Assembly: GCA_043228905.1 (NCBI GenBank) | Contig: JBHGNT010000013.1 | Coordinates: 18,848,001-18,912,000, forward strand | DNA: 64,000 bases | DNA from: Azolla caroliniana | Lineage: Eukaryota; Plantae; Polypodiophyta | Direction: 5' to 3' | Shown: positions 61,430-64,000 of the stretch, piece by piece | Layout of the letters: every line of letters begins with the position of its first letter | Position numbering within the stretch: the first letter of the stretch is position 1 | Program-made: the position numbers and the translations under genes | Notes under the pieces: model-generated | The model's input: the letters and a program-made list of their open reading frames with translations, nothing else | What the model was told of the DNA's origin: nothing | Databases searched by the model: none

Positions 61430-64000
61430 TGTTAGAGTCGTCCGTAGAGGCTCCCGAAGACTGGAAAGGAAGGTATCCGAAATGTGATGTGCGAAAACAT
61501 CGTCGGCCAGTTGTCAGTAGAGGTCCTGTGTTGAGAGACAAGCTCAACATCGGCCGGATCGGTTGAAGAAGCCGAGGACCGGATCGGTTGGGACCGATTG
61601 GTTAGGCCAAATGCGTAAACCGGTGCGTAGGTAGGGCCGGATCGGTGCGTAAACCGGGAGGCCGCTAGGAAAGATATTCCGTGAGGAATATATTTGGGAG
61701 TTAGTGTAGGAGCTCTTAATGAGCATTGAAGTACTGTCAGTACTTCGGTCAGTCCTTCTATGACTTGTATAAAAGTGTTCATTGAACACACATATGTATA
61801 GAGTGTGGTGAATAGAGATTGAGTATTTTTTTGAATATACTTCTTGTGTTTTTCCTCTCTCACTCTCTCTGTCTCTCCCGCGTATACTGCGTGAGCTCAA
61901 GCTCTCCATTAAACCTGAGTTTTCTTCCTTCTGTTTGGTCTTCATACTTGCTTCCGCACGTTACTTTTTACATGGTATCAGAGCGCGAGGGTTGAGAACC
62001 TCTCTGCAGCCGACACAGCTTGACGAAGAAGAACAAGAAGAACGATGGATAGAGGCATGGCGAGCTCGCTTCCAACAGAGAAGCTCGACAGAACCAACTA
62101 CGCGTCTTGGTCCTACAAGATGCACCAGTACCTGCTCGGGCACGGCTACTGGAGTTATGTCGAAGAAGCTAATGACACGGCACCCGAATCGACACACAGA
62201 GACTTCCCGTCGTGGGAGCAATCGGCGAGCAGGGTTTTATACTGCTTCGCATCGTGTGTGGGCGAACAGCTATTGAGCTATGTTCGGGATGCAAAGACGC
62301 CGAAGGGTGCGTGGGAAAATCTGAAGAAGATTTTCGCCGCGAGCACCACAGCCAGGAAGCTTCAGCTCCGACAGGAGTTGAGCAACCTACGACAACGCGA
62401 CTTGTCGGTGGTGGACTATACCTCGAAGATCAAGGACATCTGCGACTCCCTCGCCTCCATAGAGGTGAACATCGAGGAGAGCGAGATGGTCCATATCTGT
62501 CTCGGAGGTTTGGCGTCGAAGTTCAGAGCGTTCCGAACGGTTGTGTGTACCCGGGAGTACTTTTCTGGTCAATTCAACGGTTATCTACAACAAATGGGAA
62601 TTCGGCGCGAATTCAGTTGTAGATACACGCCGGAGCAGAACGGCGTGGCCGAGAGGAAGAATCGGTCAGTTGTGGAAGCGGCACGAGCAATGCTGGAGGA
62701 GAAGAGCTTGCCCAAATTCTACTGGGCCGAGGCGATAAGGACCGCGGTATACATCCAGAACCAGATCGGAGACAAAGTGTCAGCACACGAGCTATATTTT
62801 GGAACGAAGCCGAACTTGCGACACTTGAGGGTGTTCGGTAGCATTGCGTATGTGCATGTACCGAAGGAGAAAAGGAGGAAGCTGGACGCAAAGACCAAGA
62901 AATGCATCTTGGTCGGTTACTCGGACGTGCAGAAGGGTTATAAGTGCTATAACCCTCGCACCAAACAAGCGTGTGTTAGCCGTGACGTTGTGTTTGACGA
63001 GTCCGCGTCCTGGTACCAGCTCCCGACTCCAAACCCCGACTCCAATCCGAGTTCTGACGATGAGGTCAGCGAGGTCGAGATGCCTCCGGATGAGCCCGAA
63101 ATCGAGACCCGCAAAGAGAGTCCGATTTCACTCCGTTTAAGTGGACCGATTGGACGACTGAGTTGGTACGATCAGTCCAATGAAGAGCCGGCGAGTAGTG
63201 GAGACTCGGCCGTGCATTCCCCGCGCAGGAAGTCGAGGAGACGGCTTACGCGCAAAGAGAAAGGGAAGAAGAAGGTGTCGGATTCCAGCATGGATAGGAA
63301 CGAGTCAGACCGACGCAAGTCCGACTCCGAGGGAACCGGTGACGGGTCTTTAAAGGTGAAGTCCGCGTCGACCGAGAAGGCCTCGACATCGGCTAATGTG
63401 ATATTACGCCGATCTACCCGCCAGAAGAATCCTGTTTTGCGGTTCGGATACAACGAGTACATGGTGCATCATTATGCGTACATGACCCGTGTAGCGGAAT
63501 TGCGCGAGCCGGAGAGCTACGCAGAAGCGGCTAAAGACGCGAATTGGCGTGCCGCGATGGAGGAAGAGATGCACGCATTGGCAGAGAACGAGACCTAGGA
63601 CCTGGTTGACGCACCAACAGGGGTAAAACCGATCGGGTGTAGGTGGGTGTACAAGGTCAAGTACAACACCGATGGCTCAGTCAACCAGTACAAGGCTCGG
63701 CTAGTGGCAAAGGGCTACGCGTAGAAACACGGCATCGACTACGATGAGACGTTCGCGCCGGTCTCGAAAATGACGATCGTCCGTGTTTTGCTCGCAGTAG
63801 TTGCGGTGAAGGGGTGGCACTTACATCAGATGGATGTAAAGAATGTGTTCCTGCAAGGTGACCTTGAGGAACAGGTGTACATGGTACAGCCCCCCGGATT
63901 TCACTCTAGAACGAACTCCTCGGCAGTATGCCGACTGAAGAAGTCCCTTTACGGACTGAAGCAAGCCCCGCGTGCCTGGAACGCGAAGATCACGCAACAA
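61430..64000 (+). mobile_element. Ty1/Copia element related to 45289-50835, internally deleted, runs off the window
   Basis: 5' LTR 61430-61972 (TG...CA); PBS TGGTATCAGAGC at 61973-61984. ORF 62045-63598 fuses gag directly to mid-integrase; RT follows with TAG stops. Confidence 0.9.

Overview
Eukaryotic, gene-free window made entirely of nested transposable elements. The host is probably a non-seed land plant (inferred from the Copia/Gypsy types, plant tRNA primer sites and GT-AG introns). There is one 100-N scaffold gap at 15624-15723. The main feature is three copies of a ~10.2-kb cut-and-paste DNA transposon with 25-bp TIRs (GGGTGAAAGCATGCGAGTGGAAACA), GGG...CCC ends and a 4-bp TSD. It encodes a two-exon DDD transposase that looks Sola2-like. 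Copy C (32953-54164) is complete; copies A (4592-gap, +) and B (gap-27294, -) are partial. Opposite the transposase, the element carries a convergent multi-exon passenger gene: unknown N-terminal domain, coiled coil and RING-H2-like finger. This is followed by two in-phase candidate terminal exons, one encoding an FCP1/SCP-type HAD phosphatase domain whose nucleophile Asp is replaced by Glu. Its large introns are arrays of the 14-bp palindrome TAGCTAATTAGCTA or of telo-box repeats. Around and inside it lie tRNA-Trp-primed Gypsy elements with 4-bp TSDs, a gag-only LTR element, Copia elements and an older Gypsy with an extra ORF. Region 1484-15623 duplicates 29854-49311. All coordinates and alignments were read by eye; family assignments were not confirmed by a database search.
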